Source: Candidatus Woesearchaeota archaeon (GTDB lineage: Archaea > Nanobdellota > Nanobdellia > SCGC-AAA011-G17 > GW2011-AR18). Taken from it: a DNA stretch of 64,000 nt. The notes beneath the pieces were generated by a model. That model worked only from the letters and a program-made list of their open reading frames with translations, was not told the origin of the DNA and did no database searches. Shown here piece by piece: positions 48,201-55,869 of the stretch; the first letter of the stretch is position 1, and each line of letters begins with the position of its first letter. The DNA lies in assembly GCA_018302545.1 (NCBI GenBank), contig JAGVZM010000001.1:79033-143032 (forward strand), in the 5' to 3' direction. Both the position numbers and the translations under genes were made by a program.

Positions 48201-49013
48201 ATTATTTATGTCATTATTAATTATCCTAAACCCTGCTTGGCCGCTTTTATTCATAGTATTATTTTCGAACCTACTATCAACACTAACATCAAGATAAAAA
48301 TTAGCACTATTAGGATTCCCAACAGTAGAATAACTCAAATCACTATCAAAAATATTGTTAGTGAAATTATTATTATTACAAGAACCACCAGAGGAACCAA
48401 CCCAAAAACCATGAACAGAAGAATTAACTAGATTATTATTATCAAACAAACTATTATTCACATTATTAAGATCAATAGATGCCCAAACCGCAGTATTCAT
48501 AATAGTATTATTAAAAAAAGTAAGATTAAGTACATTTGACACAGTCGCCCCCCCAAAATCAGGTGAATCAACAGTGTTTGAAGTAACGTTTATATTAATA
48601 TTAACATTACTAATCCTGAAACCATCACCTGTAACATTATAAATAGTATTATTATAAGCAACAAGGTTTGTAGCTCCACTATCCAATGAGATACCCCAAT
48701 AAAAACCATTAAAATTACAATTTCTTATAGTTATATTGTTCCTTAGTGAAGCTTGAAAACCAATTTCAGCAAAACCCCCATCACCAAAAGCAGTGAACCC
48801 TTGACAGTCTAAAAGAATGTTATTTCCTGTAAAGCTATTAACATCAAAACAGCCTGCAGTAGTAGACACATTTTGTGTTAAAAAATAAGAATCATCCCCA
48901 GCTAGAGTTTGGCAAGAATTAATATCTGTGGCATAAACAAAAGGAATCAAAATTATAATTACTAAGAATAATAAAACCACACCCTTTTTCATATACAAGA
49001 ATAACAAAAACAA
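45195..49013 (-). CDS. giant secreted surface protein with right-handed parallel beta-helix (PbH1-like) repeats
   Basis: 1272 aa with a signal peptide and dozens of N-x-T/S-rich repeats (NNTxYGIYL, NITNN, GIxxxS). There is a G/S/T low-complexity linker before the C-terminus. Confidence 0.7.
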   Translation of the reverse strand: MFLLFLYMKKGVVLLFLVIIILIPFVYATDINSCQTLAGDDSYFLTQNVSTTAGCFDVNSFTGNNILLDCQGFTAFGDGGFAEIGFQASLRNNITIRNCNFNGFYWGISLDSGATNLVAYNNTIYNVTGDGFRISNVNININVTSNTVDSPDFGGATVSNVLNLTFFNNTIMNTAVWASIDLNNVNNSLFDNNNLVNSSVHGFWVGSSGGSCNNNNFTNNIFDSDLSYSTVGNPNSANFYLDVSVDSRFENNTMNKSGQAGFRIINNDINNTIVSNVIINSSKAGIYSSGGGSGNVIDGNNITYHTRGLAAGIYLSSISDQNQFNITNNLNIGNNTYGVYLTNANATNLTGNTIAFNGNTGIFLTNSHNTTINSNTLNNNTRDGIGLVALSSDNVISSNTVYLNSNIGINITNSTNNSAFSNSVYNHTAGAAAGFYIRDVNAVNYIYDNLVVENNTYGTYSRDANFTNFTGNVFTGNRDGLYFHFFTHNLIIYNNTLTGTSVGYPLHVGLSDNATVENNNISFNSVYVLLDDSNNALLINNTFEGNGALETPDAIFIDNDCNNFTFVNNSLINNLYNGLWVDGNGSIYGNVFSGNDNIGLYVERSAQNLSIYSNNFTNHTLNTAAGIYFSDLGNAWINVSTNLNITNNTYGILINNSDNKYLENNIITSGVYGVYVYDSDNTTFISNTLNSNTNTGIYLNSTNNTVVTSNTANSNTQDGIYITDNFNVTLNSNTLNLNLDNGLNISDSDNLTFNSNTLTYNSQGVYSINTNNSFYQSNTINHSTGIGITFASSYNNDLSSNTLFNNSASGISMSTSSNNNNIYSNTIFNGTNGQGIEIYSSNNNSIYNNPSLNGNVYGLYLEDSLNMNVTNNTFNFNLAAGLYIDNTTTTLDITSNVANNNTQYGYQIISSQNNFTNSNASGNGAIQYYFDGANVTFLDRVYVTNLPSTSSVLNITNGGIVNTLNYDIIETDYLNFTFNNATNLSFFATNDLTNQGVSATTCSNTSEICDIASNLLVMNNLSINGSVNNLTIYYNSSDLNSTFNESNLTVARYSNGWSSLSNTFEINTTAQFVRLIGDLTSFSPWAAVTFDAAPSSGSSGSTSGTSGGGSPGNTGAPDRSNNNQNQQQEAGEPGETQTTNVNSQVGQTNTVTNTFSNGVTSTLTFNTNTDSSGSVVVTMNTGSSGVPNGRRPFFEVIFRGNFTNETLEFPIDLRFEVPLQELGITSDELDDWDIYILKIHDNDQRVRLQTHTELDSARDLLIITAKTKKQKM

Positions 49014-49028
49014 CTATAAAAATCTTTC

Positions 49029-49532
49029 TTAAATTTTTAAATATTGTTTAACTTCAGTTTTTAAGTTGTCAATTAAATTTTTAACAAGTTTATCAACATA
49101 ATTTTGTTTCTCATCAGCAACATATTTTCCATACAAAGCCATACTTAATTTCTTAAATGGAGATTTACTCCACTTATCATCATAGTCTCTTTCAACTTCA
49201 ACCTTAACAGATAAATTCAAATTACCTTCCATAACCTTAGCACCATCAACATAAGTTTCCTTGCATTTACTTAATTTAAACTTAAGTTTAATAATCGCTT
49301 TATTATAATCATCTAATTTTTTATCAGCAGCCCATTTTACTGTTAGACTCTTTAAACCACCAGAAGATTCATCTTTATACTCCTTTTCATCTATATCATA
49401 ATCATATCTTTCTAAAAAATTCCTAACTAAAGAAAAGAATTCTTTAAAATCAAAAACTCCTTTATAAGAAATCTCATCTTCTTTAATTAATCTAGAGATA
49501 TAATTGGCCATGAACTTTAAGACTAAAATCAA
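49029..49532 (-). CDS. hypothetical cytoplasmic protein, tandem paralog 1
   Basis: ISYKGVFDFKEF...VKVEVERD. Similar to the 49549..50055 product. Confidence 0.5.
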   Translation of the reverse strand: MILVLKFMANYISRLIKEDEISYKGVFDFKEFFSLVRNFLERYDYDIDEKEYKDESSGGLKSLTVKWAADKKLDDYNKAIIKLKFKLSKCKETYVDGAKVMEGNLNLSVKVEVERDYDDKWSKSPFKKLSMALYGKYVADEKQNYVDKLVKNLIDNLKTEVKQYLKI

Positions 49533-49548
49533 TTAATAATGCTTTCGG

Positions 49549-50055
49549 TTAAAACCTATAAAGGTTAAAGAAATTTTTAATTTCATCCATAATATTCATG
49601 CTATCATTATACAAATCAATTTTAAACTCTTCAGCTCTATCTTTCAATCCTAATTCTCTATAAATTCTAAAAATAAAACTATTTTCATCCCAGCTATTAT
49701 TAGCATTTTCAGTAAACTTAGAATTAAATTCAACTTCTATTCCACAATTATGTAACTTAAGTTTCCTTCCATCTTTTTCAACTTCAACTTCATTTAAACT
49801 ATTAATAAAAAATGTAACATTTAAATCTAATTTAAAATAACCATTCTCCCCTTCTTTACTAGCTTCCCAAAGTATCTCCAAAGTCTTGCCATTAGGTTTA
49901 ATTCTTTCAGAATATTTTTTTTCACCATTCTCACAAGGATCACTATATCCTTGATCCATAAACCATTCTCTAATTTTAGAATATAATATCTCAAGATCAA
50001 AAGTACCTTTATATTTTACTTTAGCACCACTAATTATAGACTCCTCTTTTGGCAT
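49549..50055 (-). CDS. hypothetical cytoplasmic protein, tandem paralog 2
   Basis: MPKEESIISGAKVKYKGTFDLEILYSKIREWF...VEVEKD. Paralog of its neighbours. Confidence 0.5.
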   Translation of the reverse strand: MPKEESIISGAKVKYKGTFDLEILYSKIREWFMDQGYSDPCENGEKKYSERIKPNGKTLEILWEASKEGENGYFKLDLNVTFFINSLNEVEVEKDGRKLKLHNCGIEVEFNSKFTENANNSWDENSFIFRIYRELGLKDRAEEFKIDLYNDSMNIMDEIKNFFNLYRF

Positions 50056-50093
50056 AGTGTTAAATTCAAAAAACTAATTAATAATCTTTTCTA

Positions 50094-50570
50094 TTAATAC
50101 AAATCAAGTTTCTTCTTAAAATATGAATAAACCTCTCCACCCTCTTTGGACAGAGGAATGATATATTTCTTCTTCAAAGTTCCACCAGCAACTTTTGAAT
50201 ATAATTTAAAGAAGAAAATAGACATTTTATCTTGACCATAATTATTTTTATAATCTGTAGTTAAAGTTGCTTTTATTTTTACACTGCAATCTCCAATATA
50301 GGTTGTCTTCAATTTCGTTAATTTTCTAAAAGCAGTTTCAACTTCAATTGTAAAATTAGCAAGAGGATCGATATCTTTACTCATAATAAATTTAAACCCC
50401 ATTTTATGTCCATATTGCTCTGGTTTATCCTCATATTCCTTTTCAACAAAACCATAACCTAATTAAGCAGCCAGTTCCTTAATGCCTTTATAGATTTCTT
50501 CTATATTAAACTCCACACCAGAAACAGAAATATTTCTTTTATACACATCTTTTCCTTTAGGTTTTGGCAT
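50094..50570 (-). pseudogene. tandem paralog 3 interrupted by in-frame TAA (stop at 50463-50465)
   Basis: Same-frame translation from ATG at 50570 reads MPKPKGKDVYKRNISVSGVEFNIEEIYKGIKELAA*LGYGFVEKEYEDKPEQYGHKMGFKF... N-terminal similarity to paralog 2 (MPKE..VKYKGTFDLEILYSKIREWF) spans the stop. Confidence 0.45.
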
Positions 50571-50653
50571 AATAATAATCCATTAAAAAATATATTAATA
50601 ACTCTTTCTATTAAAACAACAAACATATAAATGTTTAGGATTGACTTCAAAAA

Positions 50654-51310
50654 ATGAACTTAAGAGAATTAAATTTAAAATTAACAAGAGAGTCTTTGGT
50701 AAAGGAAACTTCAAGAGATGTATTAATAATCCAAACAATTCATACAATAGATGAATTAATAAAGATAATAAATAGATTAATAGCAAATCTAAGAGAGAGA
50801 TATGGTTATTATGCACCAAGAGCAGCAAAAGAAGAAAATGCTGAAAAATTATTAAATATAATAAATAGAAAAATTAAAGAAGATATAGGTCTTAATTTAG
50901 ATGAAGTAGATTTAGCCTCTATAATAGAACTATCAGAAGAGATAAAGAGATTAATAAATTTAAAGGAATCACAAGAAAAGTATTTAGAAAAAATAACAGA
51001 AGAAATATGTCCAAGACTAAAGAAAACAGCAACATCATTAATAGCTGCTAGGTTAGTTGATAAGGCAGGTTCACTTAAAAATTTAGCTAAATTACCTTCA
51101 TCAACAATACAAGTTTTGGGTGCAGAAAAAGCATTATTTAGGCACCTTAAAACAAAATCAAAAGCCCCAAAATTTGGTATAATATTCGCACACCAAAATA
51201 TAAGTAACTCACCTCAAACAGAAAAGGGGAAGGCAGCAAGAAGACTAGCAGCAGAAATTTCAAAATCTACAAGAATAGATTATTTCAGCAAAGATAAGGA
51301 GGAGGTGTAG
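50654..51310 (+). CDS. nop5: Nop5/Nop56/58-family protein (NOP domain only, minimal form)
   Basis: VLGAEKALFRHLKTKSKAPKFGIIFAHQNI is the NOP-domain signature. 218 aa, so it lacks the usual N-terminal domain. Upstream of fibrillarin. Confidence 0.8.
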   Translation: MNLRELNLKLTRESLVKETSRDVLIIQTIHTIDELIKIINRLIANLRERYGYYAPRAAKEENAEKLLNIINRKIKEDIGLNLDEVDLASIIELSEEIKRLINLKESQEKYLEKITEEICPRLKKTATSLIAARLVDKAGSLKNLAKLPSSTIQVLGAEKALFRHLKTKSKAPKFGIIFAHQNISNSPQTEKGKAARRLAAEISKSTRIDYFSKDKEEV

Positions 51311-51317
51311 ACTACTA

Positions 51318-52412
51318 ATGAGGGATGACAAAACCGAAAGGTTTTTAATAGTAGGGGGAGATAGAAATGAAAGTAGGGGGGTAGTTACAGATATGAGTAG
51401 AAGAAGACATAGAAGAGATAATAAGAGTTATAATCCAAGAAGTGTAAGATCCACATTAAATAATCAAGATTTCTTATCAAAACTATTACTAAAAGACCCT
51501 ACTGAGTATACTGAAGATCTTAGAAGAAGATATGCGATATCATCAATAAAAGCAGAAGAACTAACTCCAGAAAGAATAGAAGAGATAAGAGGAAATACAA
51601 CTTTTATTTATGTAATAGGCAACAAGTTAGCAGGAAAATCCAAATTAAGAGATAGAATCTACGCAGGTCTTTCAGAAGAAGACTATTCAGTTCTACCCTT
51701 AAGAGCTTCAAAAGATGCAAGCGAATCAGATACTGCAATAAGAAGACAAACACTAAAAAGACAAGAAAAAGGAGAAGTAGCTTGGGTACAAGCTGTTGAA
51801 GCTTTAAGAAATGAAGGTTTATCAGCATTAGAAAAAAAAGCATTACCTTTCTTAATGGGAACATCTAAAAGAAAAGCAGTTTTATTTGATAGACATCCCT
51901 TAATAGATACTTTAGTAAAACAGTATTTAGAAGGAGCAAACCTAGAATCAGTAGCCCAATATTTAAGAGGAAGAGACACAAAAACAGAAACAGAATTAAG
52001 TTGTTATATAAAACCAGACATTGTAATATTATTAACTTGTAATCCAAGAGAGATAATGTATAGAGAAATAATGAGAAGTAGTCATAGTAGAGAGGGAATA
52101 TCTGATGATTTCGGATCAGATTTCTTAGAAAAAACTGAAAGAGAAAAAAGAGCTTATCTAGAATTATCTGGAATAAATCCAAATACGGGAAAAATGGAAC
52201 CAGATAGTAGAATATATCCTTGTAGAATCTTCCGTTATGAAGACACAAGTAATTCTAGTATAGATTACAAAAACGAAGCAGAAGCAAGAAGAAAATTAGA
52301 AGAAGATGGCATTGAAAGAACATCAAGGATATTTAATGAAGTAATACTTCCAAATATGAATAAGGGTGGACAAAAAAACGGAAGAACTAAACCTTTAGGA
52401 TACACTGCATAA
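51318..52412 (+). CDS. P-loop kinase-like protein (thymidylate/nucleoside kinase-like core) with R-rich N-terminal and extra C-terminal regions
   Basis: Walker A VIGNKLAGKSKL (GxxxxGKS). AVLFDRHPLIDTLVKQYL resembles the dNMP-kinase DRY/DRH motif. Has 90 aa of basic N-terminal extension. Sits between nop5 and flpA, 8 nt after nop5. R/E/S-rich composition. Confidence 0.5.
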   Translation: MRDDKTERFLIVGGDRNESRGVVTDMSRRRHRRDNKSYNPRSVRSTLNNQDFLSKLLLKDPTEYTEDLRRRYAISSIKAEELTPERIEEIRGNTTFIYVIGNKLAGKSKLRDRIYAGLSEEDYSVLPLRASKDASESDTAIRRQTLKRQEKGEVAWVQAVEALRNEGLSALEKKALPFLMGTSKRKAVLFDRHPLIDTLVKQYLEGANLESVAQYLRGRDTKTETELSCYIKPDIVILLTCNPREIMYREIMRSSHSREGISDDFGSDFLEKTEREKRAYLELSGINPNTGKMEPDSRIYPCRIFRYEDTSNSSIDYKNEAEARRKLEEDGIERTSRIFNEVILPNMNKGGQKNGRTKPLGYTA

Positions 52413-52442
52413 ATTTATTAATCTATAAAAATCAAAATCCTT

Positions 52443-53117
52443 ATGAAATTAGAAAAAACAAAATATGAAGGAATTTATTTCTTGCAAAATAATAGAAGAG
52501 GACTAATAGTAACAAAAAATTTAACACCTGGAAAATCCTTTTTTAATGAAAAAGTAATAGAAATAAATAATGAAGAGTATAGAAATCTAGATCCAACAAG
52601 ATCTAAATTAGCTGCAGCAATAGTAAAGAAAATATCTTTAGTACCAATAAAACAACAAGACAAAATATTATACTTAGGAGCCTCTCATGGTTATACTCCT
52701 TCTTTTCTTTCAGATGTGATAGGAGAAAAAGGAATTTTATTTTGTTTAGATTTCGCTCCTAGAGTTGTAAGAGATTTATTGTTTGTATGCGAAGAAAGAA
52801 AAAACATGATTCCATTATTAGCAGATGCAAATAAACCAGAGACATATAAAGATAGAATAACAGAAGTAGACCTAATATACCAAGATCTAGCACAAAAAAA
52901 TCAAGTAGAAATTCTAATAAAAAATTTACAATTCTTAAAGAAAAAAGGATATGCGATAATAGCAATAAAAGCAAGAAGCATAGATGTAACTAAATCCCCA
53001 AGGATAATATATAAAGAAACTGAAAATAAATTAAATCAATATTTAAAAATAATCGACAAAAAAGAACTAGATCCTTTGCAAAAAGATCATTGTATCTTCA
53101 TATGTCAAAAAAGATAA
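52443..53117 (+). CDS. flpA: fibrillarin-like rRNA/tRNA 2'-O-methyltransferase
   Basis: SKLAAAIVKK, KILYLGASHGYTPSFLSDVIGEKG and DLIYQDLAQ are fibrillarin SAM-binding motifs. Confidence 0.9.
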   Translation: MKLEKTKYEGIYFLQNNRRGLIVTKNLTPGKSFFNEKVIEINNEEYRNLDPTRSKLAAAIVKKISLVPIKQQDKILYLGASHGYTPSFLSDVIGEKGILFCLDFAPRVVRDLLFVCEERKNMIPLLADANKPETYKDRITEVDLIYQDLAQKNQVEILIKNLQFLKKKGYAIIAIKARSIDVTKSPRIIYKETENKLNQYLKIIDKKELDPLQKDHCIFICQKR

Positions 53118-53147
53118 TTTTATATTAATACAAAACCTATATATTAT

Positions 53148-53300
53148 ATGGTTGAAATAATAAAAACTACAAAACAAAAAAAATGTGATCTATGTGATGA
53201 GTCCGCAATATTAAAGATTAAAAAAGAAGAGGAAGAACCTTACATGTATTTATGTAAAGCATGTCATAACGAAATGTTAAGAGCAGATACAGAAGAGTAA
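53148..53300 (+). CDS. small zinc-ribbon protein (50 aa)
   Basis: MVEIIKTTKQKKCDLCDE...YMYLCKACHNEMLRADTEE has two CxxC pairs. Below the ORF-track cutoff. Confidence 0.35.
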   Translation: MVEIIKTTKQKKCDLCDESAILKIKKEEEEPYMYLCKACHNEMLRADTEE

Positions 53301-54245
53301 TTACTTCTCAACCTTTAATCTCAATAATGCTTTAGCTAAATTTCCTGAGTAATCGTTTATTACTCTTATCCTCTCTTTATAGACTATATGTTTAGGATCT
53401 AAACCTTCTAAACAACTTTCAATTTTTTCATAAACTTGCTTTTTCTTAGCAATAACAGAAACAGCTAATTCATAATCCTTAACAAAATTAGATTTCATAG
53501 CATCTTGGTACTGAGTCATAACAGCATCAAATGCCATAACTAATTGATTTGGGACATTAAAATCAGTAAATCTTGGAATCCTTTTAACTTGGTCAGCTAC
53601 CTTCTCAACAAACAAAGCCAACTCCCAATAATAGAACAAGTCATGTAAATCCAACTTTAGTATAGACCTATGACTTGGGTTAAATCCTCCTTTAAGAGTT
53701 TTAAAAACAAGATGACAAAGTTTGTTTATATTCTCTTCCTTATTATCCAAAGATAAGGAAACATCTTGCTCTTTACCACTCAAATAGTTTTTAACATCTT
53801 CAGACATAGAAACTAGAATCCTATCCATTCTCCTAATAGTATCATGAACAGAAACATCATATAAATTAACAGAAGAATTAAGAACAACCCTATTATTAGA
53901 AGTCTGATCAATTATATCCAAATACATAAAATTTTTAGTAATCTCTCTAATATCTTTCAAAATTTTATAGATATCCTTTCCATTAAGATTAATAACATTA
54001 TAATTATTTATATAAGCGTAAAGTATCTGAGAATTTAATCTCTTAAGATTTCCATCAAAATTAATATTTATCTCAGATTGAGAATTATCTTGTTTATGCT
54101 CAATAGAACTTATTTTTAATACATTTTCATCAACAATAACATTAACTACATCTCCTTTCTTTAAACCATTCTTTTCAACCCAATCTTTAGGTAAACTAAC
54201 TACATAAGAAGTATCCCCAAATGCAATTATTTTTCTGTATCCCAA
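53301..54245 (-). CDS. PhoU-family regulator with N-terminal SpoVT/AbrB domain
   Basis: N-terminus KIIAFGDTSYVVSLPKDWVEKNGLKKGDVVNV (AbrB swapped-hairpin). Helical remainder with PhoU-like E..VAD..KR motif (FVEKVADQVKRIPRF). Confidence 0.65.
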   Translation of the reverse strand: MGYRKIIAFGDTSYVVSLPKDWVEKNGLKKGDVVNVIVDENVLKISSIEHKQDNSQSEININFDGNLKRLNSQILYAYINNYNVINLNGKDIYKILKDIREITKNFMYLDIIDQTSNNRVVLNSSVNLYDVSVHDTIRRMDRILVSMSEDVKNYLSGKEQDVSLSLDNKEENINKLCHLVFKTLKGGFNPSHRSILKLDLHDLFYYWELALFVEKVADQVKRIPRFTDFNVPNQLVMAFDAVMTQYQDAMKSNFVKDYELAVSVIAKKKQVYEKIESCLEGLDPKHIVYKERIRVINDYSGNLAKALLRLKVEK

Positions 54246-54354
54246 AGTTACTACCTATATATAACATATATTATATATCTAAAATAGGGGGTAGACTTAT
54301 ATATAAAACTAACTGCTTTTAGTTTAAGTAAAAAACAAGGATGGGTAGATAAAA

Positions 54355-54630
54355 ATGATGGTATTTGCTTTGTTGGGTGTAAACCAAGACAAGATGGAAG
54401 ACGTAATCTTCAAGATAAGGAATCTTGGAGACAAATATATCAATAAAGTCCATTTAGTATATGGAGAATATGATGTAATTGCTGAAATAAAGGCTCATAA
54501 TCCAGAAACATCTGTAAATATTCTAAGAACAATAAAAGAAACAGAAGGAGTAAATTCCCTAAAAACTTATGTTGTCTCAGACCAACTAACAGATGAGGCT
54601 AAATTAACATTACCTCCGGAACCATGTTAA
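54355..54630 (+). CDS. stand-alone AsnC/Lrp-type ligand-binding (RAM) domain protein
   Basis: VHLVYGEYDVIAEIKAHNPETSVNILRTIKETEGVNSLKTYVV matches the RAM-domain pattern. Confidence 0.55.
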   Translation: MMVFALLGVNQDKMEDVIFKIRNLGDKYINKVHLVYGEYDVIAEIKAHNPETSVNILRTIKETEGVNSLKTYVVSDQLTDEAKLTLPPEPC

Positions 54631-54639
54631 TCCTCAACC

Positions 54640-55836
54640 TCATCTGTTAGCTATAATCTCTAGAATATCTAAGTTATTTAATTCATAATCTTTGCCAACA
54701 GTTAATTTACGTCTTACATTAATGGCTCTAATAAAATTCTTACCAAAATCTGTATGTAATTTATAAGCAAAATCTAGTGCAGTACTACCTTTCTTCATTA
54801 AAAAACAATCAGGTAATACCCTACCTTGACTATCCTCTAATTTATTAACACCTCCAGGAAAAATAGCTAAGTATTTAAGTAATTCAAAAACAGCCACATT
54901 TAAAACATCCTGCACACCAGCAGTTCCAAATTTATTTAAAACATTTTCTTTAATAGTATTTAAAGCATTTAATTGGAGATCATTCAATCCTTTGTTAATA
55001 ATAAAATTGTTATCTCCAGGGATATAACTAATTAATCCTCTTTTACTAGCTTCTCTTAAAGCTAACTCAGAATCAGCACTGCATGGAACTATTGTATAAT
55101 CTGGAAACTCCCTTTTAATATTCTCAAGATTGGCCTCAGCACCTTTAACATCAATTTTATTAGCAGCTATAATAATTGGTTTTGTTTTCTTTCTTACTTC
55201 TTTTGCAAAGTGGAATAATACAATTTCATCCCAACTCTTAACATTCTTATCAAAATTTTTCAGAATCAATTCCGCATCATCTTCTGTTAAACGCAAACTA
55301 CTCAATTGTTTAGCCATTGCCTTATGCAATTCCAAATCAGCACTAGAATTTTGCTTAATAAATTTGTCCCATCCCTTCTTTACCATTTGTAAAATCCACA
55401 TATCTAACTCCTTCTCTAAAAACTTAAGATCATTACAAGGATCATAACTTAAAGGTTTTACAGCTTCTCCTTTTTCATTAGTACTCCCACTAATATCCAC
55501 AACATGGATTAAAACATCAGCTTGACTTAAATCATTCAAAAATTGATTTCCTAATCCTTTTCCCTCATGCGCTCCTGGAACCAATCCTGCAACATCTAAT
55601 AATTCTACAGCAACAAACCTATAATCACCTAAAACAAAACCATTTCTAGGATTTGAGGTTTTACCAAAGTCTTTGGCAGGATCTTTAATCTTAACATATC
55701 CTACTGCTCTATTAGGTTTTATGGTTGTAAATGGATAACTAGCAATTTCTACCTCAGCCAAAGTAGAAGCTTTAAAAAAAGTACTTTTACCAACACTCGG
55801 CTTTCCAACTATTCCAATTAACATGAAAATCAACAA
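54640..55836 (-). CDS. ychF: YchF/OLA1-like GTPase (Obg family, TGS C-terminus)
   Basis: IGIVGKPSVGKSTFFKASTLAEVEIASYPFTTIKPN are the G1 and YchF-specific motifs. 398 aa. Confidence 0.8.
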   Translation of the reverse strand: MLIFMLIGIVGKPSVGKSTFFKASTLAEVEIASYPFTTIKPNRAVGYVKIKDPAKDFGKTSNPRNGFVLGDYRFVAVELLDVAGLVPGAHEGKGLGNQFLNDLSQADVLIHVVDISGSTNEKGEAVKPLSYDPCNDLKFLEKELDMWILQMVKKGWDKFIKQNSSADLELHKAMAKQLSSLRLTEDDAELILKNFDKNVKSWDEIVLFHFAKEVRKKTKPIIIAANKIDVKGAEANLENIKREFPDYTIVPCSADSELALREASKRGLISYIPGDNNFIINKGLNDLQLNALNTIKENVLNKFGTAGVQDVLNVAVFELLKYLAIFPGGVNKLEDSQGRVLPDCFLMKKGSTALDFAYKLHTDFGKNFIRAINVRRKLTVGKDYELNNLDILEIIANR

Positions 55837-55869
55837 TAGCTAAAATTTATATATCTTTTCAAGAGGAAA

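Noticed and set aside
47102-48431. Short ORFs (60-64 aa) on both strands inside the giant beta-helix gene, and 45646..45915
   Set aside because: They are I/L-rich repeats mirroring the N-x-T repeat DNA. No independent support.
51604-52248. Three overlapping minus-strand ORFs (86, 98, 127 aa) across the nop5-flpA insert gene
   Set aside because: They are L/F-rich low-complexity translations opposite a plus-strand ORF with a clear Walker A motif. They mutually overlap in different frames.
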